Source of the DNA: Candidatus Helarchaeota archaeon
GTDB taxonomy: Archaea > Asgardarchaeota > Lokiarchaeia > Helarchaeales > RDOG01
Assembly: GCA_019058315.1 (NCBI GenBank)
Contig: JAHPZH010000001.1
Coordinates: forward strand, 1,233,432 to 1,297,431
DNA: 64,000 nucleotides
Reading direction: 5' to 3'
Made by a program: the position numbers and the translations under genes. Positions 30,545 to 40,111 of the stretch are shown piece after piece. Below the pieces are notes generated by a model that saw only the letters and a program-made list of their open reading frames with translations, made no database searches and had not been told where the DNA came from. The number at the start of each line of letters is the position of its first letter. Position 1 is the first letter of the stretch.

Positions 30545-31630
30545 GTGGAAAAATTGGATCTTGATGAAAAAGAGCTTAAGAGCCCATATTCGGCTTTTAG
30601 ATCTGTATTTGGGACTCAAGTAGTTGCAACGAAGGGCAGAGTTACTTATAAACTTAAAAAAATGAGAAAAAAAGCAACTCATTGTGCATTTGATGATAAA
30701 AAAACATTAGTAAAGAATAATGAATATATTGGTGAAGTGTTTTTTAATACCGAAACGGATAAATTTGAATGGAGATATGCACCTGAAAGTGAAGAAGAAT
30801 ATTCCATATTAGTAGTTAAAAACATTTTCCCAATTATTGATAAAACTATTGAAGATGTTAGTTCTAAAAATTTGGTTATTATTGAATCACGTGAACATCT
30901 TACTCATTTTCATCTATTGAGTCATAATAGCATGAAAGCTTGTTTAAAGTGCTATAAAACTTTGATGAAACAGTTCTATGATGATTATATTTGTTTTATT
31001 TTGTATAAAAATCAAGGCAAATCAGCTCAAAGTTCTATGGAACACATCCATAGCCAAATGGTCTGTCTAGATCAAATTCCTAATCGTCTCATTAATAATG
31101 CAAATGAAATTTTTAATAAAGACGACTGTGGGTTATGTAAACGCTATCATGAGCTTATGACTACAGACAACCAATATATTCTTAAAGAATATAAACATTT
31201 TATCGAATATTGTCCGAAATATATATATCCTTACACAATACGCATTTTAGCCAAACGTCATATCCCAAGTTTATTGGCTCTAACTGAAGATGAAATAACA
31301 GAACTTGCAAAGATAATTAAAATTTCTACAAATAGAATTATTGGAAATTTTGGTGATTTAGATTATAATATACTTTTTCATCAAGCTCCTAAAATATACA
31401 TAAACCGTTGGCATTTATTTATAGAAATTATTCCTCGAGGTTTAAATGAACCTGCAGGCTTTGAGATGTTAACTGGTATTCGTGTAACTGAAAACCCTGA
31501 ACGTGCAGCTGAGCAATTGAAAAGTGTTAAAACTCGTTGTGTTATGTGTGGGGAATATTATCTTGGCGAGTTAGGTTTATGTCCATATTGTGGTTATTTA
31601 AAACTCACATTAATAGAGGAAGATTTTTAA
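30545..31630 (+). CDS. galT: Galactose-1-phosphate uridylyltransferase-like (GalT/HIT) protein with a C-terminal Zn ribbon
   Basis: KNQGKSAQSSMEHIHSQ (HxHxQ), CGLC, WHLFIEIIPR, AGFEMLTG, PERAAEQL; extra CVMC...CPYC tail. Confidence 0.75.
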   Translation: MEKLDLDEKELKSPYSAFRSVFGTQVVATKGRVTYKLKKMRKKATHCAFDDKKTLVKNNEYIGEVFFNTETDKFEWRYAPESEEEYSILVVKNIFPIIDKTIEDVSSKNLVIIESREHLTHFHLLSHNSMKACLKCYKTLMKQFYDDYICFILYKNQGKSAQSSMEHIHSQMVCLDQIPNRLINNANEIFNKDDCGLCKRYHELMTTDNQYILKEYKHFIEYCPKYIYPYTIRILAKRHIPSLLALTEDEITELAKIIKISTNRIIGNFGDLDYNILFHQAPKIYINRWHLFIEIIPRGLNEPAGFEMLTGIRVTENPERAAEQLKSVKTRCVMCGEYYLGELGLCPYCGYLKLTLIEEDF

Positions 31631-31631
31631 A

Positions 31632-32489
31632 TTATCCCTCCCAATCCACATCCCCCTCAAATATTTTTTCTGAAGGTCCAGTCATATAAACATGATTATC
31701 ATCTGCCCATTTAATCTTTAAATCCCCCCCAGGTAAATGGACTGTAATTAATTGATTTTTTTTAACAAATTTATTTAGAACTGAACTAACAACCGAAGCA
31801 CAAGCACCTGTGCCACAAGCTAAAGTCTCCCCTGCTCCTCTTTCCCAGACTTTTAATGATAATTCTTCATCATTTATTATTTGCACAAATTCTACGTTTA
31901 CTTTATTTGGAAAGATTGGATGAGTTTCAAATTTTTTACCAATTTCAATATCGATTGAATTAACATTATTATCATAAATTATGCAGTGAGGATTTCCCAT
32001 AGAAACACAGGTGATTTTATATATTTCACCATCAACTTTTAATTCTTCTCCAACTATAGTTGTATTTTCTCCAGTCATAGGAATTTCATTACGAAGTAAT
32101 TTTGGAGTACCCATATCTACTTCGACATTTTCAACCAAATTATCTTTTAAAAATAATTTGAGAATTTTAATACCCGCTAAAGTTTCTATCCGAATTTCCG
32201 TATTTTTTGTTAACTTATATTCAAATGCATATTTTACAATAGCTCTGATACCATTTCCACACATCTCGGCCTCTGAGCCATCAGAATTGAAGATTCGCAT
32301 TTTAAAATCAGCATTTCGACTATTTTCTAATATTAGAATACCATCTGCACCTATGCTGAATCTTCTCCTACAAAGAGCTTTAGCTAAATCTGAAAATTTA
32401 TTCTCGGGAATTTTTTCTTCAATATTATTAATTAAAATAAAGTCATTTCCTATTGAAGAGTATTTAAAGAAATGCATAAAGTTTTTCAT
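31632..32489 (-). CDS. dapF: Diaminopimelate epimerase
   Basis: GNDF, GADG, NSDGSEAEMCGNG, SMGNPH, ERGAGETLACGTGA. Confidence 0.96.
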   Translation of the reverse strand: MKNFMHFFKYSSIGNDFILINNIEEKIPENKFSDLAKALCRRRFSIGADGILILENSRNADFKMRIFNSDGSEAEMCGNGIRAIVKYAFEYKLTKNTEIRIETLAGIKILKLFLKDNLVENVEVDMGTPKLLRNEIPMTGENTTIVGEELKVDGEIYKITCVSMGNPHCIIYDNNVNSIDIEIGKKFETHPIFPNKVNVEFVQIINDEELSLKVWERGAGETLACGTGACASVVSSVLNKFVKKNQLITVHLPGGDLKIKWADDNHVYMTGPSEKIFEGDVDWEG

Positions 32490-32580
32490 CTCAAATATAA
32501 TTTGATTTAATTGATTTTTCTATATATCTAATTTTCGACTTTTTAAAAAATTTTATAATAATATTTAACTTTTATTAATT

Positions 32581-32802
32581 ATGCTTAGTTTAATTATTTC
32601 TCAATTTCGCTTATTTAAAAATTTGATTAATAGTACAGATGAAAGCGAAGCTGCAGTTTCAACGAAAGAAAAATTTGCTTTATTTTGGCTTTTAATAGGG
32701 GGGTTGATAATGGGCATATTCTTTTTAATATTTATATACATTTTTGCTACCACATATGAGTTTAGAGAATTTTCATTAGATTTTGGTGGTCCCCCAGGAT
32801 AA
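32581..32802 (+). CDS. Small single-TM protein
   Basis: 73 aa with one strong TM segment (FALFWLLIGGLIMGIFFLIFIYIF); 20 nt upstream of the Rab-like gene. Confidence 0.6.
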   Translation: MLSLIISQFRLFKNLINSTDESEAAVSTKEKFALFWLLIGGLIMGIFFLIFIYIFATTYEFREFSLDFGGPPG

Positions 32803-32822
32803 TAGATTGGAATGAGACGTTC

Positions 32823-33692
32823 ATGGAAAAGCTAAAGTTTAAAATTGCAATATTAGGGGAGCCAGAGGTTGGGAAAAGCACCTTAAACACATTCTGTCAA
32901 CAAAGGTTTGATCAAAAATTAGAAGCTCTACATGAAAACATATTCGGTGTTTCCTTTGCAGTAAAAATATTAAAATCTATAGATGTTCAAATTACACTAG
33001 TTGTATGGTCATTTACTGGGCAAGATCGTTATCGATCTTTAAGACCACAGTATATTAAAGGTGTATCCGGCATTTTGCTCCTATTTGATATAACCAGGAG
33101 AGAAACTTTTGAAAAACTCTCAGATTGGATATCTTTTTTAAGAAAACATAATTCTAACGTTCCAATAATATTATTAGGAAATAAAGCAGATTTATTTGAA
33201 AAAAGGAAAGTAAAAGATGAAGAAATAGAGGATTTCATTAATGATAACATGCTCCAAGGATATTATGAGATTTCTTTAAAAACAGGCTTTAATGTGGAAC
33301 AATCAATTGTGCGTCTTGCGGAAATGGTATATCAATTTATGAAAACCGGAGTAAAGGTTCCTATTAAATTAAAAATTGAGAGAAAAGAAGAAAGACCATT
33401 AGAAATCGACAATAAGAAATTTTTTGATAGTTTTATAATTACTCTGAGGGAGATTAGCAGACAAATTTACAATGAAATTTCAAATAAGATAGCAAATTTA
33501 CCAGAAATTTCACACGTCACGACTATTAGTAAGATATTAGGAGAAATTAGCTCATATGATATAAAAATTAAAAAATTATTTGAAGATTTGCCTATATCAA
33601 TTGAAGTATCAGTTAAAAAGAATTTACTTAAAGATTGGGAATCTAAAAAAGATGAACTTCTTACTAATATTAAAAAAATAAAGACAATGTGA
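32823..33692 (+). CDS. Rab-like small GTPase with a degenerate G3 motif and a ~110-aa C-terminal helical domain
   Basis: GEPEVGKST, FGVSF, WSFTGQDRYRSL, GNKAD, EISLKTG. Confidence 0.85.
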   Translation: MEKLKFKIAILGEPEVGKSTLNTFCQQRFDQKLEALHENIFGVSFAVKILKSIDVQITLVVWSFTGQDRYRSLRPQYIKGVSGILLLFDITRRETFEKLSDWISFLRKHNSNVPIILLGNKADLFEKRKVKDEEIEDFINDNMLQGYYEISLKTGFNVEQSIVRLAEMVYQFMKTGVKVPIKLKIERKEERPLEIDNKKFFDSFIITLREISRQIYNEISNKIANLPEISHVTTISKILGEISSYDIKIKKLFEDLPISIEVSVKKNLLKDWESKKDELLTNIKKIKTM

Positions 33693-33722
33693 CTTTAATT
33701 AAATCTATTTTTATAGAAAATA

Positions 33723-35294
33723 TCACTTCTCTATGCGGAACTGGAGAGAAGTTATTGAATGAGGGGGAAATTCATGTGAATATGGATTAGCTCCATTACT
33801 TAGAGTATTTTCTTTTAAATCAATCTCATTTGGCGATTTTTTACTGTTTGTTATAAATGGATTATCATGATATAATAAACACATTTCAATATTAGGATTA
33901 ATTTTTATATCAATTTCATTATTAAAATTAAATTTTGCTTGAACTGCTTCTTTATAATGCTTATTTATACAAAAGAAAGAGAATGTTTTACCATCTTCAG
34001 AAATTGTTGCTATAATATCAAGAACTGGTCGTTTCAAAGTAGGTATATTCTTTCCAAACGGTTTTGAAGTAATAATAGGGCAATCCATTTGTATAGGTAA
34101 AAAATTTGCCTGTATAGCTTTACTATACATTTTGAAAACATGAAAATGGGGATTTAAAACAACTTGATTATCATATGTTAGTATCATTCCAATACAATTT
34201 ACCATTTGGGCAAAGTTGGCCATTCCAATTGATTTTGCATGACGAATTAAAGTATTTAATACACCTGCAGTCCATAAACCATCTCTTAAAATATAGGGAG
34301 GTTTATCTGCCCTATATATTTGGCTATAATGATACCAAATATTCCATTCATCAAGTGCGATTTTGCATTTATCAAAACCATTAGGGCCTAAAGTTGCTAG
34401 AATATCTTCTTCAGTTTTGATAATTAGATCTTCTACACAATAAGAAGAATTGACAATACTATAATACACCCTTTCTGTAGCAGGAAGGGGGTTTTTTCTT
34501 AAAAGATTTGAAAGTATTCCAATCATTGGTAAATAAATATGAACAGAAAGATAATCTACATGATCTTTGATTTGCTCAAGAAGAGGACGATTCCAGTTTG
34601 AACGATTACATCCACAAGCGATAAATTTTATTGTAGGATCAACTTTTCGCATTGCTTTTGTAAATTCAATATATCTCCTTGCGTATTTTTGGGGAGTTTT
34701 ACAGTATCCTTTCTCCCAAAATCCGTATATTTCATTAGCAATCCCCCAATACTTAACGTTATATGGTTCTTTATGACCATTTTTTACTCTTAATTTTCCA
34801 TATTCAGAATTTTTATCACCATTGGTATATTCCACCCAATCCACAGCTTCTTCAATAGTACCAGAACCAAAGTTAATGTTAAGATACTTTTCTGCATTTA
34901 ATTTCTCGCATAATGTTAGAAATTCATCCGTTCCAAAATGATTCCTTTCTTTAGGACCCACATTATACAAGGCACTCTTAAGAAGTCCACCCCAAGCTTT
35001 ATTTCTACGCTTGGGACGTTTATCACGAGGTCCAATACCATCTTTCCAGTGATAAGTATCAGAAAAGCAGCCCCCTGGGTATCTTATTATTGGTGGTTTT
35101 AATTCTGCCATTTTTTGAAAGAGATCTGCAGGTACTCGCTCTAGTAGAAACTCATTTAATAAAAGGCGTTTAGTTTCTTTATACATCCATATCCCATTTT
35201 CGATACAACGCCCTAAATGTTCAATAAAATGACCCAAAATTAAGGTGGAAATTGGAATCCGTTCAACTTTAGGATCTAAATTTATATTTACCAT
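33723..35294 (-). CDS. Alpha-L-arabinofuranosidase (GH51)
   Basis: GHFIEHLGRC, RYPGGCFSDTYHWKDGIGP, FGTDEF, WGIANE (acid/base), LDEWNIW (nucleophile), AQMVN. Confidence 0.92.
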   Translation of the reverse strand: MVNINLDPKVERIPISTLILGHFIEHLGRCIENGIWMYKETKRLLLNEFLLERVPADLFQKMAELKPPIIRYPGGCFSDTYHWKDGIGPRDKRPKRRNKAWGGLLKSALYNVGPKERNHFGTDEFLTLCEKLNAEKYLNINFGSGTIEEAVDWVEYTNGDKNSEYGKLRVKNGHKEPYNVKYWGIANEIYGFWEKGYCKTPQKYARRYIEFTKAMRKVDPTIKFIACGCNRSNWNRPLLEQIKDHVDYLSVHIYLPMIGILSNLLRKNPLPATERVYYSIVNSSYCVEDLIIKTEEDILATLGPNGFDKCKIALDEWNIWYHYSQIYRADKPPYILRDGLWTAGVLNTLIRHAKSIGMANFAQMVNCIGMILTYDNQVVLNPHFHVFKMYSKAIQANFLPIQMDCPIITSKPFGKNIPTLKRPVLDIIATISEDGKTFSFFCINKHYKEAVQAKFNFNNEIDIKINPNIEMCLLYHDNPFITNSKKSPNEIDLKENTLSNGANPYSHEFPPHSITSLQFRIEK

Positions 35295-35512
35295 CGCTTT
35301 TATTTTAATAACCTCATTTAAGCCTCTTTGAACAATATAAATTTATTTTGCATTAATTTTTATTTCTATAGTCAATTGACTCTCATTAATAATTTTTTAT
35401 ATAGTAAATTATTGGAATTAATTCGACAAAATTGCCAAACATTTTTAGATTCAGAATTAATTATTTGATTTTAGGCATAGAGTGTCAATTAATTACATTA
35501 ATGGTTTTATTA

Positions 35513-35797
35513 ATGAGTCCTTATTATGTTTATATTGTTAGATGTAAAGGCGGAACACTCTATACAGGTTATACTAATAATATAAAACGTCGATTAAAAG
35601 AACATAATAATGGACAAAGTAAGTATTGTAGGGGTAGACGCCCAGTTAAACTTCAATATTTTGAGATTTATAGGACTCAAAAGTCAGCAATGAGACGTGA
35701 ACTTGAAATTAAAAAATTAACAAGGAAAGACAAATTGAAATTAATAAAAAATAATTCAGATAGCAATATTAAAATCGAGAAAAATTATCCTAAATAA
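35513..35797 (+). CDS. GIY-YIG nuclease family protein (UPF0213)
   Basis: YYVYIVRC.GGTLYTGYTNNIKRRLKEHN...RRPVKL...AMRRELEIKKL. The ATG at 35513 (or 35501) is preferred over the ORF-track start at 35432. Confidence 0.88.
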   Translation: MSPYYVYIVRCKGGTLYTGYTNNIKRRLKEHNNGQSKYCRGRRPVKLQYFEIYRTQKSAMRRELEIKKLTRKDKLKLIKNNSDSNIKIEKNYPK

Positions 35798-35804
35798 GTA
35801 TTTT

Positions 35805-36653
35805 TTACCTTGGTTTTCCTATTACCGATAAATGGATTTGAAATACATTTAGGGGAACAAGGAGACTAAATTTTAGGTGTTCTTGATATTTTTTACGAAG
35901 ACCTATCCATGTTTTCAAAGCTTTAGGGCATACTTTAAGTTTTTTAAAATAATCGATAATTTCATTTATATTAGGACAATCATTATGAACATAATAATAT
36001 GAAGCAAGTAAGCTCCATTTGAAGCTCTCCATTTCGTAAAGTGTTGCTCTTTTATCAAACGGTACTGTAATCAATCCACCAATAGCTGTTAATCCATTCA
36101 TAATTGCACTTTTTAAGAGTTGAAATACCGAAACTTTTGGAAGTTTTGTAGTTTTAACTAAATTTTCTCCATAGAGTGTATGGGCTCTACCAATAACACT
36201 TCCCATAACAATATCGTTTGGTGCAAGTATAGCTGCCATAATTTTATTAACAGAAAAAACCTTTGAAAACTTTCCACTAAGAAAATCCTTCTCTCGACAA
36301 ATAAAGTGAGAGATAAACATACCAGTTGATTTATCTACGCAGTATAAGATTGATTGAATTATATTTTTTTTAGGTTTTAAATAACCGCACTTTATTTCAA
36401 ATGCCATAAGAACTCTATTTAAATATTTTATCTTTTTCTTTGAAACCTTGTTCGAAACGACAATTAGGATGTCTGCGTCGCTATCTTTAGTACAATATCC
36501 TTTTACAATTGATCCAAAGATAATAATTGAACGTAAATCTTCCCCAAGTGTTCTATGAAGAAATGGAACTATTGAATTTAAGTATTTATCTGCTTTTTGA
36601 GGAATATTTATACCGGTTTTATTTAACTGAGGACGTAAATTCTTTAACTGCAA
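35805..36653 (-). CDS. Pol-beta-superfamily nucleotidyltransferase domain protein with a C-terminal helical region
   Basis: SIIIFGSIVKG...DSDADILIVV (GS..DxD motif). Confidence 0.8.
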   Translation of the reverse strand: MQLKNLRPQLNKTGINIPQKADKYLNSIVPFLHRTLGEDLRSIIIFGSIVKGYCTKDSDADILIVVSNKVSKKKIKYLNRVLMAFEIKCGYLKPKKNIIQSILYCVDKSTGMFISHFICREKDFLSGKFSKVFSVNKIMAAILAPNDIVMGSVIGRAHTLYGENLVKTTKLPKVSVFQLLKSAIMNGLTAIGGLITVPFDKRATLYEMESFKWSLLASYYYVHNDCPNINEIIDYFKKLKVCPKALKTWIGLRKKYQEHLKFSLLVPLNVFQIHLSVIGKPR

Positions 36654-36808
36654 GATTACAACCAGCTCTTAAGATACTATATTCCTATTATTAAAGTTAA
36701 ACAATAATCGAGTTTTAATAAATAAAAAGGTTTGTATTATAAATTCAATTAGAATTTATTTCTTAAAATAATGAATAAACTTTATAAATTTAAGATAGGA
36801 ATATTCTT

Positions 36809-39169
36809 TTAAAATATTTTTATTTCGCTTATTTCAGAAGGCGATAAATTGTATAAATTAAATACTAAATCGTTTATTTTTTCTATAATTTCTTTTAACA
36901 CTTTATTATTAGCATTTAAATGAGCTTTTTCTGATAGGATGGCTAAATTTTCGTGAATTTCATTATTTTGATCAAATTTAGGGAGATTTAGGAATTTTAA
37001 AATTGAAGGAGGAGCAAATGATTTTCCTCCTTTTAAAGAAAATTTTTGTAGAAGAAATGAGCATAATTTTGAATTCATAATTGAACAGACATAATAAGCT
37101 TCATTTTTATCATTAAATGGGATAAATGTTAAAACATTATCAGGAATAACAACTCTTTTTCCTATATCATTAATTTTAATAGGTGACAATACAGAAGCAT
37201 TTAGCTTATTTCCCATACGATTCCATACTACCTTAAATGGAGCGAATGTATATGTTCCAATATTAAACATCGTAAAAAAAGGTGCTTTTGAACCTTGAAA
37301 ATATTTTTTAAACATTGGACGTTCTTTTAAAAAATTTTCAAAATTTTTCAAATATCGATAAGTTTTAGGAAATTTCTTTTCTAAATCTTTAAAACCACTT
37401 CTTTTTTCAGGATCTTGGACCATTAAAGTAAAAGTATAATCATCAATTGTTGTCCAAGGCCTCAAATTTTTACTTTTAACCAAGGGATAGATTATATCTT
37501 TTTCTATAAGATGTCTAATTCTTTTAATCTTTTTTTTACCTTCTTCAATTCTATTTTCAATAATTATGTAATCGCCATCTGGTTTCAATACATTTACCCA
37601 ATAAATTCCATTAGCCCCTCCTGTATTAAGTCCAAGATGTCCAACATAAGGAGATGGACCAATTAATCTTTTTAATTTTAATAATTTTTTTGTGGTAGTA
37701 AACCAAGGGGATGTAGGTTTTGCAATAGGTTCAGCATATAATTCTTTGGTTTTTAGCTTAATTACTTGATCCATACAATCTTCTTTGAAACTAGATTTTT
37801 CAATTTCAATTATCTTTGTATAGGGAATTGGATATTCAGTTTCTATTCCTTTTTTAATAATTAAGATAGATGTCATATTAGATGCATTTTGAAATGGTCT
37901 AACATCAACCAGATCTATTACTTCAATAACTTTCAGATGTTCTTCATTACCGATTTGAAACCTACGGAAGCCTTCACCCGCACCTAAAGTTTTGAATACT
38001 GTTTGGGTTATTAAAAATCCAAGTAACCCATTTTTTTTCAAATATTTATCCGCAACTGTGTAAGTAAAAAGCATTGAAATATCTTTTCTGCCCCCTCCCA
38101 ATCTTGCTTCATGTCCTTTTAACGAAAAAAGACCATAATTTTTCCATAAATTAATTGTAGATTCCCTATAAACATTATCTAGATCTTCCCAATTGATCCA
38201 TGGTGGATTTCCAATTATAAGATCAAATTTAAAGGTTAAAGGAGAAGCACTAATAACATCATAGGAGTAAATTGGAATTTCTATTAGTTCTTTAATAAAA
38301 GGAATTAATGTGTGGATCGCAAATAAATAATTTGTTTTAGCAGTGATGATTGCCAATGGATTAATTTCGAAGCCAATTATAGTTTCCAAAATGCTCGATA
38401 ATAAATTTGTTTTATTAATTGTTGATTTGTAATATTTTTTTAATATTTTCTTTATCTCCAAACTAAGAAATATACCCGAGCCACAACTGGGGTCTAATAT
38501 TTTATTATTTAATTCCCCATTAAACCCAATTTTATCAATTAAGAAGTTTGCAAGCCAGACTGGAGTATAATATTCTCCTAACTGGTGTCTTATACCTTTC
38601 GGGATAATGTTTTGGTATAATATTTGGAGATGATCAATATTTTCTTCTTTTAATATTTCCTCATAATCAATTTCGGATATTTTAATAATTAATCCTCGAA
38701 AAAATGTTTCAATTTCTTCATTCCAACTAGAAAGATACCAAGAGAATATATTTTCATTTGAAAAATTCGAGACTCCTAGATTTTCAAATAAATTTCCATT
38801 TTCTAATTTCTCTAAATTTTTATGTAAATCATTTAGAATTGAATTAAATGCGGAAATTTGAGGCGTTTTCTTTTTTTCAATTAATAATCCATAAGCTAAT
38901 AATTTTATTATAATACTAAAATATGTTTGGATAGCAAATAAGAAGTATCCTAAATTATTTTTAGAAATATCATACTCATTTTCTAATTTCTTATCAATTC
39001 TTTGAATTTTGGAAAGTTTACCATAAATTTTTTCAAAAATTGATTGCCATCTTTTATAAAAAGTCTTCATATTTTGTTTTTTAATATTTTCAAAAAAATA
39101 TAGAATAATTTCTTTTGCAATCGGCTCATTAAGACCAAAATTTTGGAATAAAAACTCATTTTTTGGCAT
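36809..39169 (-). CDS. N6-adenine DNA methyltransferase with a target-recognition region (Eco57I/type IIG-like); no nuclease domain visible
   Basis: LGEYYTP, ILDPSCGSGIFL, GFEINP, IIGNPPW; C-terminal TaqI-like region (KVVWNRM...AYYVCSIMNS). Confidence 0.88.
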   Translation of the reverse strand: MPKNEFLFQNFGLNEPIAKEIILYFFENIKKQNMKTFYKRWQSIFEKIYGKLSKIQRIDKKLENEYDISKNNLGYFLFAIQTYFSIIIKLLAYGLLIEKKKTPQISAFNSILNDLHKNLEKLENGNLFENLGVSNFSNENIFSWYLSSWNEEIETFFRGLIIKISEIDYEEILKEENIDHLQILYQNIIPKGIRHQLGEYYTPVWLANFLIDKIGFNGELNNKILDPSCGSGIFLSLEIKKILKKYYKSTINKTNLLSSILETIIGFEINPLAIITAKTNYLFAIHTLIPFIKELIEIPIYSYDVISASPLTFKFDLIIGNPPWINWEDLDNVYRESTINLWKNYGLFSLKGHEARLGGGRKDISMLFTYTVADKYLKKNGLLGFLITQTVFKTLGAGEGFRRFQIGNEEHLKVIEVIDLVDVRPFQNASNMTSILIIKKGIETEYPIPYTKIIEIEKSSFKEDCMDQVIKLKTKELYAEPIAKPTSPWFTTTKKLLKLKRLIGPSPYVGHLGLNTGGANGIYWVNVLKPDGDYIIIENRIEEGKKKIKRIRHLIEKDIIYPLVKSKNLRPWTTIDDYTFTLMVQDPEKRSGFKDLEKKFPKTYRYLKNFENFLKERPMFKKYFQGSKAPFFTMFNIGTYTFAPFKVVWNRMGNKLNASVLSPIKINDIGKRVVIPDNVLTFIPFNDKNEAYYVCSIMNSKLCSFLLQKFSLKGGKSFAPPSILKFLNLPKFDQNNEIHENLAILSEKAHLNANNKVLKEIIEKINDLVFNLYNLSPSEISEIKIF

Positions 39170-40049
39170 TTTCAGCCTTCGGTTTTCTGAAAATTAATAT
39201 AAACTGGTGGACAATTGAAGGAATCCAACTATAATTAATACCATACAGGTGTAATTTCTTTGCAACATCATACCAGATGATCTCTCCTTTAAGAACAAAT
39301 CCGATATTCTCAAGAATTTGAGTCAAATCAGAAGTCAATAAATGATATTTTTTCTTATAATACATATTACCAATGAAAACAGCACAGTATTTTTTAGGTT
39401 TTAAAACTCTATAACATTCAATAAAAACATTATGAAGAAGTTTTCTCCATTCATCTTTTGTTTTAGGAGCATTTTCATTGAATGATTTCAGTTTAGATTT
39501 TTCGGAGTATATTCCTTTTGCCTTTTCTCCAAATTTTTTATATGTTCCTTTAGATTTTTCCACTTTATCCATTAACCAATATGGAACATCAGTTAAAATA
39601 AAATCTACTTCGTTTGTATATGTTTTAAGATATATCTGGGAGTCTCCAACAATTATTTCTTCTTCTTTTATATTTTCTAATTTACACACTTTTTTATAGA
39701 TATTAACCCATTTGGGATTGATCTCAATTCCAATTCCACGTCTTTTTATTAAAGTGCATCCTATTAGGGTTCCGCCAACTCCTGCAAGGGGATCTAGAAC
39801 TAGTTGTCCCTCTTTTGTAAAAGTACTTATTAACTGTGCACATAATTCTGGCGGTTTTTGTCCCCCATGTTGGTTTCTTAGCTTTTGGAGTTGGAATGAA
39901 GGAGGATATGACTTTGGTATAACGCTTTTAGTGGAAAATATCCATTCTTTTCCCGTAAAATCGTTAATTTTATTCCTCTTATCATAAAAGCCGCGAGATT
40001 CTCCCAATTCATCAAATAATTCTATTTTATTATTATTTGTGTTATCCAA
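39156..40049 (-). CDS. SAM-dependent amino-methyltransferase (N4-C/N6-A DNA methylase or Trm11-like)
   Basis: HGGQKPPEL, FTKEGQLVLDPLAGVGGTL, GIEINP, GDS, DFILTDVPYW, CYRVLKP, IIWYD, HQFILIFRK. Confidence 0.82.
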   Translation of the reverse strand: MDNTNNNKIELFDELGESRGFYDKRNKINDFTGKEWIFSTKSVIPKSYPPSFQLQKLRNQHGGQKPPELCAQLISTFTKEGQLVLDPLAGVGGTLIGCTLIKRRGIGIEINPKWVNIYKKVCKLENIKEEEIIVGDSQIYLKTYTNEVDFILTDVPYWLMDKVEKSKGTYKKFGEKAKGIYSEKSKLKSFNENAPKTKDEWRKLLHNVFIECYRVLKPKKYCAVFIGNMYYKKKYHLLTSDLTQILENIGFVLKGEIIWYDVAKKLHLYGINYSWIPSIVHQFILIFRKPKAENAKK

Positions 40050-40111
40050 ATTTACGTCCCCTAGAATTTTATAAATTTCATTGAGATTCAGTATTATAAA
40101 GGAGTAAAACT

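Noticed and set aside
35513-35797. GIY-YIG protein as the restriction partner of the adjacent methyltransferases or as a homing endonuclease
   Set aside because: It is a ~94-aa stand-alone UPF0213-type domain on the opposite strand, without a specificity domain or intron/intein context.
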